DNA of 24,000 bases from Acidimicrobiales bacterium (lineage in GTDB: Bacteria; Actinomycetota; Acidimicrobiia; Acidimicrobiales; AC-14), in contig JANMRJ010000542.1 of assembly GCA_031370985.1 (NCBI GenBank), forward strand, positions 1 through 24,000, read 5' to 3'. Both the position numbers and the translations under genes were made by a program. Below, piece by piece: positions 13,110-22,331 of the stretch. Within the stretch, counting starts at the first letter, position 1; each line of letters starts with the position of its first letter. The notes below the pieces were generated by a model, which saw only the letters and a program-made list of their open reading frames with translations, ran no database searches and was not told the origin of the DNA.

Positions 13110-13802
13110 ATGAAGACGATCCTCGTGGTCGACGACGAACCAAAGATCGCGGACCTGGCGCGCGACTATCTCGAGCACGCCGGATACACGGTCCGGACCG
13201 CACGTGATGGCGAGGCGGCGCTGACCGCCGTCCGGCGCGATCGGCCCGACCTCGTCGTCCTCGACCTTGGCCTGCCGGGCATCGACGGCCTCGACGTCAC
13301 GAGGGCGATCCGGCGCGATTCGAACCTGCCGGTGATCATGCTCACCGCCCGCGATGACGAGCTGGACAAGCTCATCGGCCTCGAGCTCGGGGCTGACGAC
13401 TACCTGACCAAGCCGTTCAGTCCGCGCGAGCTGGTCGCCCGCGTGCGTGCGGTCCTGCGCCGGGTCGACGCCGCGTCCGAGCCCGACGCGGTCTCGCTGA
13501 TCCGGGCCGGTGACCTGACGCTCGACCTGCCCCGGATGTGGGCCGACCTGGCGGGCCGGACGATCGACCTGACCCCCACCGAGTTCGCGCTGCTCGCGGC
13601 CATGGCCCGTCAGCCCGGCCGGATCTTCACCCGCTCGCAGCTCCTCGACGCCGTTCACGGGGTCGCGTTCGAATCATACGAGCGGGCGATCGATACGCAT
13701 ATCAAGAACCTCCGCCGGAAGCTTGAGCCCGACCCTCGCCGACCTGTCCACGTCCTGACGGTGTACGGCGTCGGCTACCGGTTCGCGGACGAGCGGCCGT
13801 GA
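13110..13802 (+). CDS. OmpR/PhoB-family response regulator (230 aa)
   Basis: The N-terminus is MKTILVVDDEPKIADLARDYLEHAGY. The receiver shows DLVVLDLGLPGIDG and KPF. The winged helix shows LTPTEFALLAAMARQPGRIFTRSQL...VYGVGYRF. AGGA lies 9 nt upstream of the start. The stop overlaps the kinase start (GTGA). Confidence 0.95.
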   Translation: MKTILVVDDEPKIADLARDYLEHAGYTVRTARDGEAALTAVRRDRPDLVVLDLGLPGIDGLDVTRAIRRDSNLPVIMLTARDDELDKLIGLELGADDYLTKPFSPRELVARVRAVLRRVDAASEPDAVSLIRAGDLTLDLPRMWADLAGRTIDLTPTEFALLAAMARQPGRIFTRSQLLDAVHGVAFESYERAIDTHIKNLRRKLEPDPRRPVHVLTVYGVGYRFADERP

Positions 13803-15028
13803 CCGACGGCCCGCCCGATCGGGCGGGCGACGGCCCGGCGGACGGGCGGTCGGCCGGTCCCGGACGGCACCGCGGAGCGCGACGGGGAGGCCGCGCACGC
13901 GGCGGATGGGATCGGCGCTGGAGTGCCGGTCCGCGCCCGGCCTGGCTGCCCGACGAGGAACCCTGGCCGCCGCATCGGCGGCGGCCGTGGCGCGGGTTCG
14001 GGTGCCTCTTCGGATTCCTGTTCCTGGCCGGCGTCCTCGGCCTGCTGTCGATCGCGACGACCGTCATCGGGCGAATCGCGGAGGCGCCCGGTCCGTTCGG
14101 GCTCGTCGTGCGGATCGCCACGGCCGGTCTCGTGATCGGAGTGGTCCTCGCGCTTGCCCGGACGGCCCGCGCGATCCGTGGCTCGGGAACCGTCCTTGAC
14201 GCGCTCGTCGATCAGGCCGGACGAGTCGAGGCCGGCGACTACAGCGCCCGGGTCGATACGAGCGGCGCCGTCCCGATCCCGGTCCGCGGGCTCGCGCGCG
14301 GCTTCAACACGATGGCCGCCCGGCTCCAGGCCGACGAGGCGCAGCGCCGGACGCTCCTCGCCGACGTGACCCATGAGCTGCGGACGCCGCTCGCGGTCGT
14401 CCAGGGCAGCGTCGAAGCCATCCTCGACGGGATCCACCCGGCGGACGAGACGCACCTGTCGGCCATCCTCGAGGAGACACGCATCCTCGACCGCCTGATC
14501 GAAGACCTCCGGACCCTCGCATTGTCCGAGTCCGGCGCGCTGTCCCTCCATCGGGAGCCGACCGACCTCGGCGTCCTCGCGACCGACGCGACGACGTCGT
14601 TCGGCGCGACTGCGGCAACGGCCGGCGTGGAGCTCAGCGCTCACGTCGACGACGACCTGCCGCTGCTCGATGTCGATCCGGTCCGGATCCGCGAGGTGAT
14701 CGGCAACCTCGTCGCGAATGCCCTGCGCCACACCCCGTCGGGCGGACGGATCTCGATCGAGGCGCGCCTGATCCACGAGGCACGACCGGCGACGCGCCCG
14801 TGGGTCGAGATCGTCGTCCGCGACACCGGCTCGGGCATCGACCCGGAGCTCCTACCCCACGTCTTCGATCGGTTCGCCCGCGGCGCCGGCTCCACGGGCA
14901 GCGGCCTGGGCCTGTCGATCGCACGAGGGCTGGTGGAGCTGCATGGCGGGACGATCGCTGCGTCGAGCCCGGTCGGCGGCGGCGCGGAGATCCGGATCCA
15001 GCTGCCGGTCGAGGCAGCGGAGGCCTGA
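13799..15028 (+). CDS. Sensor histidine kinase, intramembrane-sensing type with HAMP (409 aa)
   Basis: H-box [16 protein letters not shown]-box [11 protein letters not shown]1 DTGSGI and G2 GSGLGLSIA are present. Two TM helices ([25 protein letters not shown] and [19 protein letters not shown]) are joined by only about 10 residues. They are preceded by a roughly 65-aa Arg/Pro/Gly/Trp-rich cytoplasmic extension. The GTG start at 13799 overlaps the RR stop. Confidence 0.9.
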   Translation: MTDGPPDRAGDGPADGRSAGPGRHRGARRGGRARGGWDRRWSAGPRPAWLPDEEPWPPHRRRPWRGFGCLFGFLFLAGVLGLLSIATTVIGRIAEAPGPFGLVVRIATAGLVIGVVLALARTARAIRGSGTVLDALVDQAGRVEAGDYSARVDTSGAVPIPVRGLARGFNTMAARLQADEAQRRTLLADVTHELRTPLAVVQGSVEAILDGIHPADETHLSAILEETRILDRLIEDLRTLALSESGALSLHREPTDLGVLATDATTSFGATAATAGVELSAHVDDDLPLLDVDPVRIREVIGNLVANALRHTPSGGRISIEARLIHEARPATRPWVEIVVRDTGSGIDPELLPHVFDRFARGAGSTGSGLGLSIARGLVELHGGTIAASSPVGGGAEIRIQLPVEAAEA

Positions 15029-15040
15029 CCGGAGGCCAAT

Positions 15041-15061
15041 GGTCCGGTGATCGTCCGGACC
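15041..15061 (+). terminator. Hairpin GGTCCGG-tgatcgt-CCGGACC after the kinase stop
   Basis: It has a 7-bp stem and a 7-nt loop, 13 nt after the TGA at 15026-15028. No U-tract follows. It may separate the TCS from the peptidase gene. Confidence 0.3.
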
Positions 15062-15108
15062 CGAATTGGGGGTTGCGTCCCGACACCGGCAGGGGTCACC
15101 CTCTGTCC

Positions 15109-16809
15109 ATGTCCCGACGCCTGCGCGCTCCTCGTCGATCGATGTCCGGCGGCGCCCTCGTGGCGATCGCATTCATCGTCCTCTCGGCCATGCCCGCGGC
15201 GGGGACCGGTGCCCCGCCGGCTCCCGTCCAGACCCTCGTCCCGACTGCGGGCGACTTCCCGCCCAGAGATTCGCGCTACCACTCGTTCGCCGAGATGGTC
15301 ACCGACATTCACGCCGTCGAGACCGCCCATCCCGATATCGTCCACGTGTTCAGCATCGGCAAGAGCTACCAGGGCCGCGACATCTGGGCCGCCAAGATCA
15401 GCGACAACGTCGCCACGGACGAAGCCGAGCCTGAGGTCCTGTTCGACGCGCTGCACCACGCCCGTGAGCACATGACGGTCGAGCAGGCGCTCTATCTGCT
15501 CCACCTCCTGGCGGACAACTACGGGACCGACCCGCAGATTACGAACCTCGTCGACTCGCGCGAGATCTGGATCATCTTCGCGGTCAACCCGGACGGGTTC
15601 GTGTACGACCTGACGTGCGCCGGGAGCAGCCATCCGCCGTACTGCGCATGGCGCAAGAACCGCCAGCCGAACGCCGGCACGAGCGCGATCGGGACGGACC
15701 TGAACCGCAACTATTCGACCCACTTCGCCTGCTGCGGTGGCTCCTCGAGCAGCCCGTCGTCGATCATCTATCGCGGACCGAAGGCGTTCTCGGCACCGGA
15801 AACCCGCGCGGTCCGCGACTTCGTCCTCAGCCGCAGGATCGGTGGCATCCAGCAGATCAAGGCCCACATCACGTTCCACACGAACGGCGAGCTGATCCTC
15901 TGGCCGTACGGCTACACGAAGACGAACATCCCGACGGACATGACGTCGCTCGACCACTCGACGTTCGTTGCGCTCGGCCGCCAGATGGCGTCGCGCAACG
16001 GCTACACGGCCGAGCAATCGAGCGACCTCTACATCACCGACGGGGACGAGATCGACTGGCTGTACGGCACGCAGCGGATCTTCTCGTTCACCTGGGAGCT
16101 GTACCCGCCCGAGACGCCGACCGTCTGGGGCGACCACTACCCGGCCGACGAGACCATCGCGCCCCAGACCGCCCGCAACAAGGCGGCCCTGCTCTACTTC
16201 ATTGCCCGAGCCGGCTGCCCGTATGACGCGATCGGCCAGGGCACGGCCTATTGCGGCCCATTCTTCGACGACATGGAGGGCGCCCACGGCTGGACGGTCA
16301 ACCCCGATGGCACCGACACCGCGACCAGCGGGCGCTTCGCGCGGGGCGATCCGGCCCCGACGAGCACGGCGTCCGGGCTGCGGATCCAGCCGGACAACGC
16401 CGCGAACGGTCGGTATGCGTTCATGACCGGTCTCGCGGCGGGGTCGTCGCTGAACGCCAACGACCTCGACGGGAGGACGACGATCCGGAGCGCACCGATC
16501 TTCGTTCCCGGCAATCCGGGTGCGCAGAACCGCAACCTCTTCTTCCGATACACGTTCGCCCATGGCCCGAGCAGCACCTCCGATTCGCTCAAGGTCTTCC
16601 TCGAGAACGACCAGGGGGTCCGTACCCAGGTCTTCGCCGCGCTGGGGTCGTCCGCCACCGTCGGAGCCAGCTGGAAGTCGGTTTCCATCCCGATGACCGA
16701 GCCTGCCGATGCAACGATCCGGATCATCGTCCAGGCGACCGACGGCGGTCACGACAGCCTCGTCGAGATCGGGATCGACGACGTCCGGATTTCGCGCCTG
16801 GGGCTTTGA
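15109..16809 (+). CDS. Secreted zinc carboxypeptidase, peptidase family M14 (carboxypeptidase T-like) with a C-terminal beta-rich accessory domain (566 aa)
   Basis: The internal ATG at 15109 of the 14800..16809 ORF gives [32 protein letters not shown], a signal peptide. M14 hallmarks are present: [39 protein letters not shown], the zinc motif LHHAREHMT (HxxE), [20 protein letters not shown] and [13 protein letters not shown]. About 190 C-terminal residues ([19 protein letters not shown]...IDDVRISRL) resemble a MAM/jelly-roll-type domain. Confidence 0.88.
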   Translation: MSRRLRAPRRSMSGGALVAIAFIVLSAMPAAGTGAPPAPVQTLVPTAGDFPPRDSRYHSFAEMVTDIHAVETAHPDIVHVFSIGKSYQGRDIWAAKISDNVATDEAEPEVLFDALHHAREHMTVEQALYLLHLLADNYGTDPQITNLVDSREIWIIFAVNPDGFVYDLTCAGSSHPPYCAWRKNRQPNAGTSAIGTDLNRNYSTHFACCGGSSSSPSSIIYRGPKAFSAPETRAVRDFVLSRRIGGIQQIKAHITFHTNGELILWPYGYTKTNIPTDMTSLDHSTFVALGRQMASRNGYTAEQSSDLYITDGDEIDWLYGTQRIFSFTWELYPPETPTVWGDHYPADETIAPQTARNKAALLYFIARAGCPYDAIGQGTAYCGPFFDDMEGAHGWTVNPDGTDTATSGRFARGDPAPTSTASGLRIQPDNAANGRYAFMTGLAAGSSLNANDLDGRTTIRSAPIFVPGNPGAQNRNLFFRYTFAHGPSSTSDSLKVFLENDQGVRTQVFAALGSSATVGASWKSVSIPMTEPADATIRIIVQATDGGHDSLVEIGIDDVRISRLGL

Positions 16810-16903
16810 TCGAGGAGAGCCCGGGAACCGCGTCCAGCCGACTGGCGTCACAGGCCGCATCCGCCGACCCGATCGTGGCCGGCCAGCCCAGGAGGGCGAT
16901 GCG

Positions 16904-17965
16904 ATGCGGCAGCGACGGTTCGGTCGGCTCGGACTCGGCCTCTCGACGGCAGTTCTCGGCCTCTTCCTGGCGGTCACCCCGACCCTCGCCTGCGGCGGGT
17001 TGATCGGCCCGAACGGGGCCGTGAACCTGCTCCGGACCACGACGCTGGCGGGCTACCACGACGGCGTCGAGCACTACGTCACAGCCTTCCAGTTCGCGGG
17101 TGGCGGCGGTGCGTTCGGCTCGATCACTCCCCTGCCGGGCATCCCGACGAGCGTCGTCAAGGGCGGCGATTGGACTCTCCAGCGGCTGATCCGCGAGACG
17201 AACCCGCCCGTCCCGGCGGCGTTCGCCGCCGAGAGCGCGGTCCGGCTCGGCGCCGTCGAGCTGATGAATGTCAAGATCGACGCCCTCGACCTCACGGTCC
17301 TCAAGGGCGGCTCTGCCGACATCGGGGCGTGGGCGAAGGACCATGGCTTCCGGCTCCCACCCGACGCACCCGAGGTCCTCGACTTCTACGCGCAGCGCAG
17401 CCAGATCTTCCTCGCCGCCGCGTTCGATGCCAACGCCGCCAAGATCCGCGGCCAGCAGCTCGGCGACGGAACCCCGGTCCATATCACGATCCCGACCGAT
17501 CGTCCGTGGGTGCCCCTCCGGATCCTGACCCTGGGCAAGGCCGGCGGCGAGCCGATCCAGGCGGACGTGTACCTGCTGACCGATCGCGCTCCGGCCCTCC
17601 TGCCCGTCCCGACCGGCGACAACGGGATCCGCCTCGATCACAGCGACGTTGCCTCGGCGAGCCTCCTGAGCGACCTGCACAGCGATCGTGGCATGGACTG
17701 GGTTCCGTCCTCCGGCTGGCTGACCAAGGTCGCGGTCGACGGCACCGCCGCCCAGCTCGGGTTCGACCTCGCGATCGACCCGTCGGGCGCCGGGCGGCCG
17801 TCCGCGGTCGACGCCGGGTTCACGATGCCCGGGGCGGTCGTGCCGACGGCTCCCGTGGATCTCAGCCGGCTGCTGCTGGCCCTCGGGTTCGTCGGCGTCG
17901 GCCTCATCGGGCTCGCCCTGATCGCCCGGGCCCGGCCGTCGGCCGGCCGGCCGATCGGCTGGTAG
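16904..17965 (+). CDS. DUF2330-like secreted/membrane-anchored protein (353 aa)
   Basis: The internal ATG at 16904 of the 16709..17965 ORF is preceded by GGAGGG 7 nt upstream. MRQRRFGRLGLGLSTAVLGLFLAVTPTLACGG is a signal peptide ending in a conserved-looking Cys-Gly. The pattern ...LAGYHDGVEHYVTAFQFAGGGGAFGSITPLPGIP matches my memory of DUF2330 proteins (N-terminal CG[FG] motif followed by a ...PVP-type strand). The C-terminus has a TM anchor, LLLALGFVGVGLIGLALIA. The family assignment is from recall, not from a search. Confidence 0.65.
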   Translation: MRQRRFGRLGLGLSTAVLGLFLAVTPTLACGGLIGPNGAVNLLRTTTLAGYHDGVEHYVTAFQFAGGGGAFGSITPLPGIPTSVVKGGDWTLQRLIRETNPPVPAAFAAESAVRLGAVELMNVKIDALDLTVLKGGSADIGAWAKDHGFRLPPDAPEVLDFYAQRSQIFLAAAFDANAAKIRGQQLGDGTPVHITIPTDRPWVPLRILTLGKAGGEPIQADVYLLTDRAPALLPVPTGDNGIRLDHSDVASASLLSDLHSDRGMDWVPSSGWLTKVAVDGTAAQLGFDLAIDPSGAGRPSAVDAGFTMPGAVVPTAPVDLSRLLLALGFVGVGLIGLALIARARPSAGRPIGW

Positions 17966-17967
17966 CG

Positions 17968-18396
17968 ATGATGCGCGGGCGAGCGGCGTTCGGCCTCGGT
18001 CTCGGCGTGGCGGTCGCCGTCCTGACCGGGATCGCAGCCAACGCCGTCGCCCGCTCCCACGACCCGATCGAGGTCGCGATCACGATCCATTACTCGCACT
18101 TCGACCCCGCGATCGTGTCGGTGCCGGTCGGGCAGGCGGTAACGTTCGTCATCACGAACACCGACCCGATCGACCACGAGTGGATCGTCGGCGACTCCGC
18201 CACCCACGAGCGTCACCGGACCGGTACCGAGCCGGTCCACGACGCGCGACCGACCGAGATCACCATCCCCGCCGGGACCCAGAAGCGGACGACCGTCACC
18301 TTCGCGACGAGCGGCTCGGAGCTGTACATCTGCCATCTGCCGGGGCATGAGGCGTATGGGATGGTCGGAACGGTCGTGATCACCCCAGGGAGCTGA
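17968..18396 (+). CDS. Small cupredoxin (type-1 copper, plastocyanin/azurin-like) with N-terminal signal/anchor (142 aa)
   Basis: The internal ATG at 17968 of the 17170..18396 ORF gives MMRGRAAFGLGLGVAVAVLTGIAANAV. The copper-ligand pattern is an upstream His (DPIDHEW) and a C-terminal loop, YICHLPGHEAYGM (C-x4-H-x4-M). The start lies 2 nt after the preceding stop. Confidence 0.8.
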   Translation: MMRGRAAFGLGLGVAVAVLTGIAANAVARSHDPIEVAITIHYSHFDPAIVSVPVGQAVTFVITNTDPIDHEWIVGDSATHERHRTGTEPVHDARPTEITIPAGTQKRTTVTFATSGSELYICHLPGHEAYGMVGTVVITPGS

Positions 18397-18596
18397 CGGC
18401 GAAAGCGCCTTCCTGCGTTCGTCGAGCATGAGTGCGTCAGCGCAAGGCGGCCGCGAGCACCGCAGCGAGCAGGCGCGGACGCCCGTGAGCGAGGAGCACA
18501 GCGGCCAACGCCGCAATGGCGTGCCCAGGCGGCAGCCGTCGTTCTTGACTCGGCCTGTGGGCCGCCCCACACTCACTCGGGGTCTCACCCAATGAG

Positions 18597-19913
18597 GTGC
18601 AGGTGGCGACGACCGGACTGATCGTCCGCAACGCGCGTGTCCATCCCACGCAGGGTCGTCCGGGCGACCCCTCCGACATCCTCGTCGAGGACGACCGGAT
18701 CAGCGCGATCGGGCCGGCTGGCTCGATCCCGGCCGACGGTCGGCACGAGCTCGACGCCGCCGGGCGGCTTCTCTCACCACCCCTCGTCGATCCGCACGTC
18801 CACCTCGATGCCGTGCTCACCGTCGGCGAGCCGCGCCACAACGAATCCGGGACGCTCATCGAGGGGATCCAGACCTGGGCCGAGCGGAAGCCGTTCCTCA
18901 CCCGCGATGACGTGAAGTCGCGGGCCCGCGAGGCGATCCTGTGGGAGGTCGCCCAGGGCACGGGCCTCATCCGCTCGCATGTCGATGTCTGCGATCCGCC
19001 ACTGACTGCACTGCGGGCCCTGATCGAGCTCCGCGACGAGCTGCGCGATCTGGTCGAGATCCAGCTCATCGCCTTCCCCCAGGACGGCATCCTGTCGTAT
19101 CCGAACGGCAAAGAGCTGATGCGCGAGGCGATGCGCCTCGGCTGCGACGTGATCGGCGGGATCCCGCACTACGAATGGACCCGCGAGGACGGCGTGGAGG
19201 AGGTTCACTTCCTCTTCGACCTCGCGAAGGAGACCGGCGCGCCGATCGACCTCCACTGCGACGAGACGGACGACGAGCAGTCGCGCTTCCTCGAGGTCGT
19301 CGCGGCCCGTACGATCCGCGACGGAATGGGCGGCCGGGTCGTGGCCGGCCACACGACGGCGATGGGCTCGTACAACGACGCCTACGCGTTCAAGCTGCTC
19401 CAGATCCTCAAGCGGGCAGGCGTGACGATCGTCGCCAACCCGCTCGACAACATCGTCCTCCAGGGTCGCTTCGACACCTACCCGAAGCGACGCGGCATGA
19501 CCCGGGTCAAGGAGCTCGACGCGGCCGGCGTCAACGTGGCCTGCGGTCACGATTCGATCATGGACCCCTGGTACCCGCTCGGGCGCGGGTCGATGCTGGA
19601 CGCGCTGTCGATGCTCGTCCACGTCGCCCAGATGACCGGCCGGACGGAGCTGTTCCGAGCCTGGGAGATGGTCACGATGAACCCGGCCCGGGCGGCCGAG
19701 GTCGAATGGGGGGTGAAGGAGGGACTGACAGCGAATTTCGTCGTCTTCGACGCCGACGACGAAGCGGAGGCAATTCGTCTTCGGCCGGCGGCGCGCTGGG
19801 TGGTCCGCCGGGGCCGGGTCGTCGCCGAGACCGAGCCAGCGCGGAGCGTCGTCCACGTCGACGGGGAGCATCAACGGGTGACATTCACCAAGGGAGAGGG
19901 AAGCAGCTCATGA
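18597..19913 (+). CDS. codA: Cytosine deaminase-like amidohydrolase (CodA family; cytosine/creatinine deaminase type)
   Basis: 438-aa ORF. LSPPLVDPHVHLDAVLTVGEPRHNESGTLIEGIQTWAERKPFLTRDDVKSRAREAILWEVAQGTGLIRSHVDVCDP aligns by eye almost position-for-position with the E. coli CodA N-terminal region (PPFVEPHIHLD...NQSGTLFEGIERWAERK...HVDVSD). The start is GTG at 18597, or GTG at 18603 with GAGG 5 nt upstream. Confidence 0.88.
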   Translation: MQVATTGLIVRNARVHPTQGRPGDPSDILVEDDRISAIGPAGSIPADGRHELDAAGRLLSPPLVDPHVHLDAVLTVGEPRHNESGTLIEGIQTWAERKPFLTRDDVKSRAREAILWEVAQGTGLIRSHVDVCDPPLTALRALIELRDELRDLVEIQLIAFPQDGILSYPNGKELMREAMRLGCDVIGGIPHYEWTREDGVEEVHFLFDLAKETGAPIDLHCDETDDEQSRFLEVVAARTIRDGMGGRVVAGHTTAMGSYNDAYAFKLLQILKRAGVTIVANPLDNIVLQGRFDTYPKRRGMTRVKELDAAGVNVACGHDSIMDPWYPLGRGSMLDALSMLVHVAQMTGRTELFRAWEMVTMNPARAAEVEWGVKEGLTANFVVFDADDEAEAIRLRPAARWVVRRGRVVAETEPARSVVHVDGEHQRVTFTKGEGSSS

Positions 19914-21286
19914 CGGCCATCACGCAAGACCTCGGGATGCCCAAGGGCGAGGGCGACTTCACCATCGAAGGCCACGGGATGGAGCCCATTCCCGCAGCCG
20001 CCCGCTACGGATCGGTCGGTCGCCTGTTCACCGTCTGGTTCACGCCGAATCTGGTGCCGGCCGCGTTCTTCGTCGGCACGCTCGCGTCGATCGTCGGGCT
20101 CGGCTGGTGGCTGGGTGTCGTCGCGATCGTCGTCGGCAACGTCATCGGCGCCGGCCTCGTCGGCGTCCTCTCCGCGATGGGCCCGCGAACCGGAATGGCC
20201 CAGATCCCCGCCGCGCGGCTGCCGTTCGGCAAGAGCATCGTCGTGCCCGGGATCATCAACTGGCTGAGCACCATCGCCTGGGACGCGATCAACGCGTTCT
20301 TCGGGGCGTACGCCGTCGACGCGATCACGGGTGGCGCGATTCCGTTTCCGGTCGGGCTTGCCCTCGTGATCATCCTCCAGGCCGCTCTGTCGGTGGTCGG
20401 GTATGAGGCCATCCATACCTTCGAGCGCTACGCGGCCGTGGGCCTCGCGATCCTGTTCGCGATCGTCACGGTGGCGCTGCTGCCGAAGGCGACGATCGGC
20501 GGCTCGGGCACGTCCGATACGTTCGGCACATTCGTCCTGATGACCACGATCGCCGGGAGCTTCAACCTTGCGTGGGCGCTCTACGCCTCCGACTACAGCC
20601 GGTACCTTCCCGCCGAGACGCCGCCGCGTCAGGTGTTCACGTGGACGTTCCTCGGTCTTCTGCTGGGCGCGGTCTGGATCGAGGTCCTCGGACTCGCTGT
20701 CGTCGGAGCGCTCGGCAAGGAGGCCGACACCACCCATCAGATCTACGGATTGCTCGGCGGCGGCGTCATTGGCGCGATCGCGATGATCGCCATCTTCTTC
20801 GGGACCGTCGCCGTCAACTCGATGAATGACTACACCGGCTCGCTCTCGCTGCTCGCCGCCGGCATCCGGATCCCTCGCCCGGTCTCTGCCGCGATCGTCG
20901 CGGTCCTGAGCTTCGCCGCGACCCTCTACCTCTTCTACAACAACTTCGCGGCGACGGTCGAGAACTACCTCCTCGTGATCACCTACTGGATCGGGCCATG
21001 GGCCGCGGTCGTCCTCATCGACTGGCAGCGACGACGTGGATCCCGGATCGACGGAGATCGGGCCGCGGACTTCTCGGCGTTGCCGAGCGGACGGAACGCG
21101 CTGATTGCCCTCGTGGTCGGGTTCATCGTCTCCATTCCGTTCATGAACCAGACGCTCTTTGTCGGGCCCCTCGTCGCGACGCTCGGGGGCGCGGACGTGG
21201 CCTACCTGGTCGGGTTCATCGTGGCCGGGATCGTGTATTGGTTCCTCGAGAACTCGGCGTCGACCGCGGTGCCGATCGAGGGCTGA
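19910..21286 (+). CDS. NCS1-family purine/cytosine (nucleobase-cation symport) permease (458 aa)
   Basis: The internal ATG at 19910 of the 18941..21286 ORF forms an ATGA overlap with the codA stop. AGGGAGAGGGAAG lies upstream. The protein is polytopic (about 12 TM) with purine-cytosine-permease-like features: PIPAAARYGSVGRLFTVWFTPNLVPAAFFVG, GMAQIPAARLPFG, NWLSTIAWDAINAFFG and YSRYLP. Confidence 0.86.
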   Translation: MTAITQDLGMPKGEGDFTIEGHGMEPIPAAARYGSVGRLFTVWFTPNLVPAAFFVGTLASIVGLGWWLGVVAIVVGNVIGAGLVGVLSAMGPRTGMAQIPAARLPFGKSIVVPGIINWLSTIAWDAINAFFGAYAVDAITGGAIPFPVGLALVIILQAALSVVGYEAIHTFERYAAVGLAILFAIVTVALLPKATIGGSGTSDTFGTFVLMTTIAGSFNLAWALYASDYSRYLPAETPPRQVFTWTFLGLLLGAVWIEVLGLAVVGALGKEADTTHQIYGLLGGGVIGAIAMIAIFFGTVAVNSMNDYTGSLSLLAAGIRIPRPVSAAIVAVLSFAATLYLFYNNFAATVENYLLVITYWIGPWAAVVLIDWQRRRGSRIDGDRAADFSALPSGRNALIALVVGFIVSIPFMNQTLFVGPLVATLGGADVAYLVGFIVAGIVYWFLENSASTAVPIEG

Positions 21287-21311
21287 CGCGTCCGCCGACC
21301 TGATCGATCAC

Positions 21312-21339
21312 GACTGCCTCGGCCCAAGCCGGGGCAGTC
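21312..21339 (+). terminator. Strong hairpin GACTGCCTCGGC-ccaa-GCCGGGGCAGTC after the permease gene
   Basis: It has a 12-bp stem (one G-U wobble) and a tetraloop, 25 nt after the TGA at 21284-21286. A second hairpin, GCGGCCG-ggg-CGGCCGC (21415-21431), abuts the stop of the convergent deacetylase gene. Confidence 0.55.
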
Positions 21340-21431
21340 CGACCTCGGGCCGACGGCGTCGCGGAGCTCCGCCTCGGACCTCGGTTGGCCGGCCGCTAGT
21401 CAGCTGTCGCAGACGCGGCCGGGGCGGCCGC

Positions 21432-22331
21432 TCAGTCCGGGACGATCGGGCGCCGATGGACGACAGGCTCGAGCCCGAGGGTCGCGACGTGGGCCGCGAT
21501 CTCCTCGCCGGTCGCGATCCACAGCCCATCGATTGCCTGCGCTCGTTCGACCAGGCGCTCGAGAGCCACTGCACGCGAGGCCCGGCCCGACACGAACGGG
21601 TGGTTCGTCAGCATGAACAGGCCGCCCTCCGCGACAAGCGCCTCGAGCTCGAGGGTCCAGCGCGCGAGCACCTCGGCCGGGCTCGAGATCACCCCGGAAC
21701 CGGTGATGCCCGGCAGGTAGTTGTACGGCTCCCAGTCGTCGAGCGCCCAGTGGCCGGGCAGCTCGACGATCGTCGGCGCACTCGGCGCCTCGGTCGTCGC
21801 CAGGATGTACGGATGATCGGCGTCCATCATCCCGGAGTCGTACGCGAACCCGTGCCGGGCGAGGATCGCGGGCGTCTCGAACGTCATCTCCCAGTTCGGG
21901 CCGCGATAGCCGGTCGGGTGGACGCCCAGGACCTCGTCGAGCGCAGCCAGTCCGCGCACAATTCGCGCGTCCTGGACTTCGGCCGACGCACCATGAGCGC
22001 CCTCGTGGAGATAGCCGTGATGCGCGATCTCGTGACCCGCGTCGCGGATCGAGCGGCAGATCGCCGGCCAGCGCTCGGCGCTGTAGCCCGGGATGAAGAA
22101 CGTTGCCCGGACGGCGCGGCGATCGAGCATCCGGAGCAGGCGGGCGATCCCCGTCCGGGCGCCGTATGCCTGGTGGCTCATCACGTCGAGCCAATCGGCG
22201 CTCTCCGGGTGCTCGAAGAGGACCGGGCACTCGGCGTCGACGTCGAACGTGAAGCACGCAGCCGCGGGCACGCCGTCCGGCCAGCCGAAGCCGGGCGGGA
22301 GGGGCTGCCGCCAGTCGGCCTCGGCCATCAC
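21432..22331 (-). CDS. Polysaccharide deacetylase (NodB/CE4)-family protein (299 aa)
   Basis: NodB-type motifs are present: FTFDVDAE (the TFDD-like metal/catalytic Asp motif), GHEIAHHGYLH (an H-x-x-x-H-type motif), ATFFIPG and YRGPNWE. There is no signal peptide, so it is cytoplasmic. The start is GTG at 22331 or ATG at 22328 (TGATG with the agmatinase stop). Confidence 0.85.
   Translation of the reverse strand: MMAEADWRQPLPPGFGWPDGVPAAACFTFDVDAECPVLFEHPESADWLDVMSHQAYGARTGIARLLRMLDRRAVRATFFIPGYSAERWPAICRSIRDAGHEIAHHGYLHEGAHGASAEVQDARIVRGLAALDEVLGVHPTGYRGPNWEMTFETPAILARHGFAYDSGMMDADHPYILATTEAPSAPTIVELPGHWALDDWEPYNYLPGITGSGVISSPAEVLARWTLELEALVAEGGLFMLTNHPFVSGRASRAVALERLVERAQAIDGLWIATGEEIAAHVATLGLEPVVHRRPIVPD

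Noticed and set aside
13310-13335. TTCGAACC-containing stretch resembling a tRNA T-arm (also 12317-12330)
   Set aside because: No acceptor or anticodon stems can be built around either stretch. The first lies inside the well-supported response-regulator reading frame. I call no tRNA.
14641-17040. 799-aa minus-strand ORF, the longest in the window
   Set aside because: It is fully antisense to the kinase 3' end and the M14 carboxypeptidase. Its composition is dominated by Arg, Gly, Asp, Pro and Val. It has no motifs, whereas the plus strand carries unmistakable M14 zinc-peptidase motifs.
18397-18596. 200-bp gap upstream of codA, with a 56-codon plus-strand ORF (ATG 18428) and a hydrophobic minus-strand tail (...AIAALAAVLLAHGRPRLLAAVLAAALR)
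   Set aside because: Neither has an SD. The minus-strand tail also lacks a plausible start codon. The plus ORF is Arg/Gln/Ser-rich. I saw no recognisable riboswitch-like conserved structure. I treat it as an ordinary promoter region.
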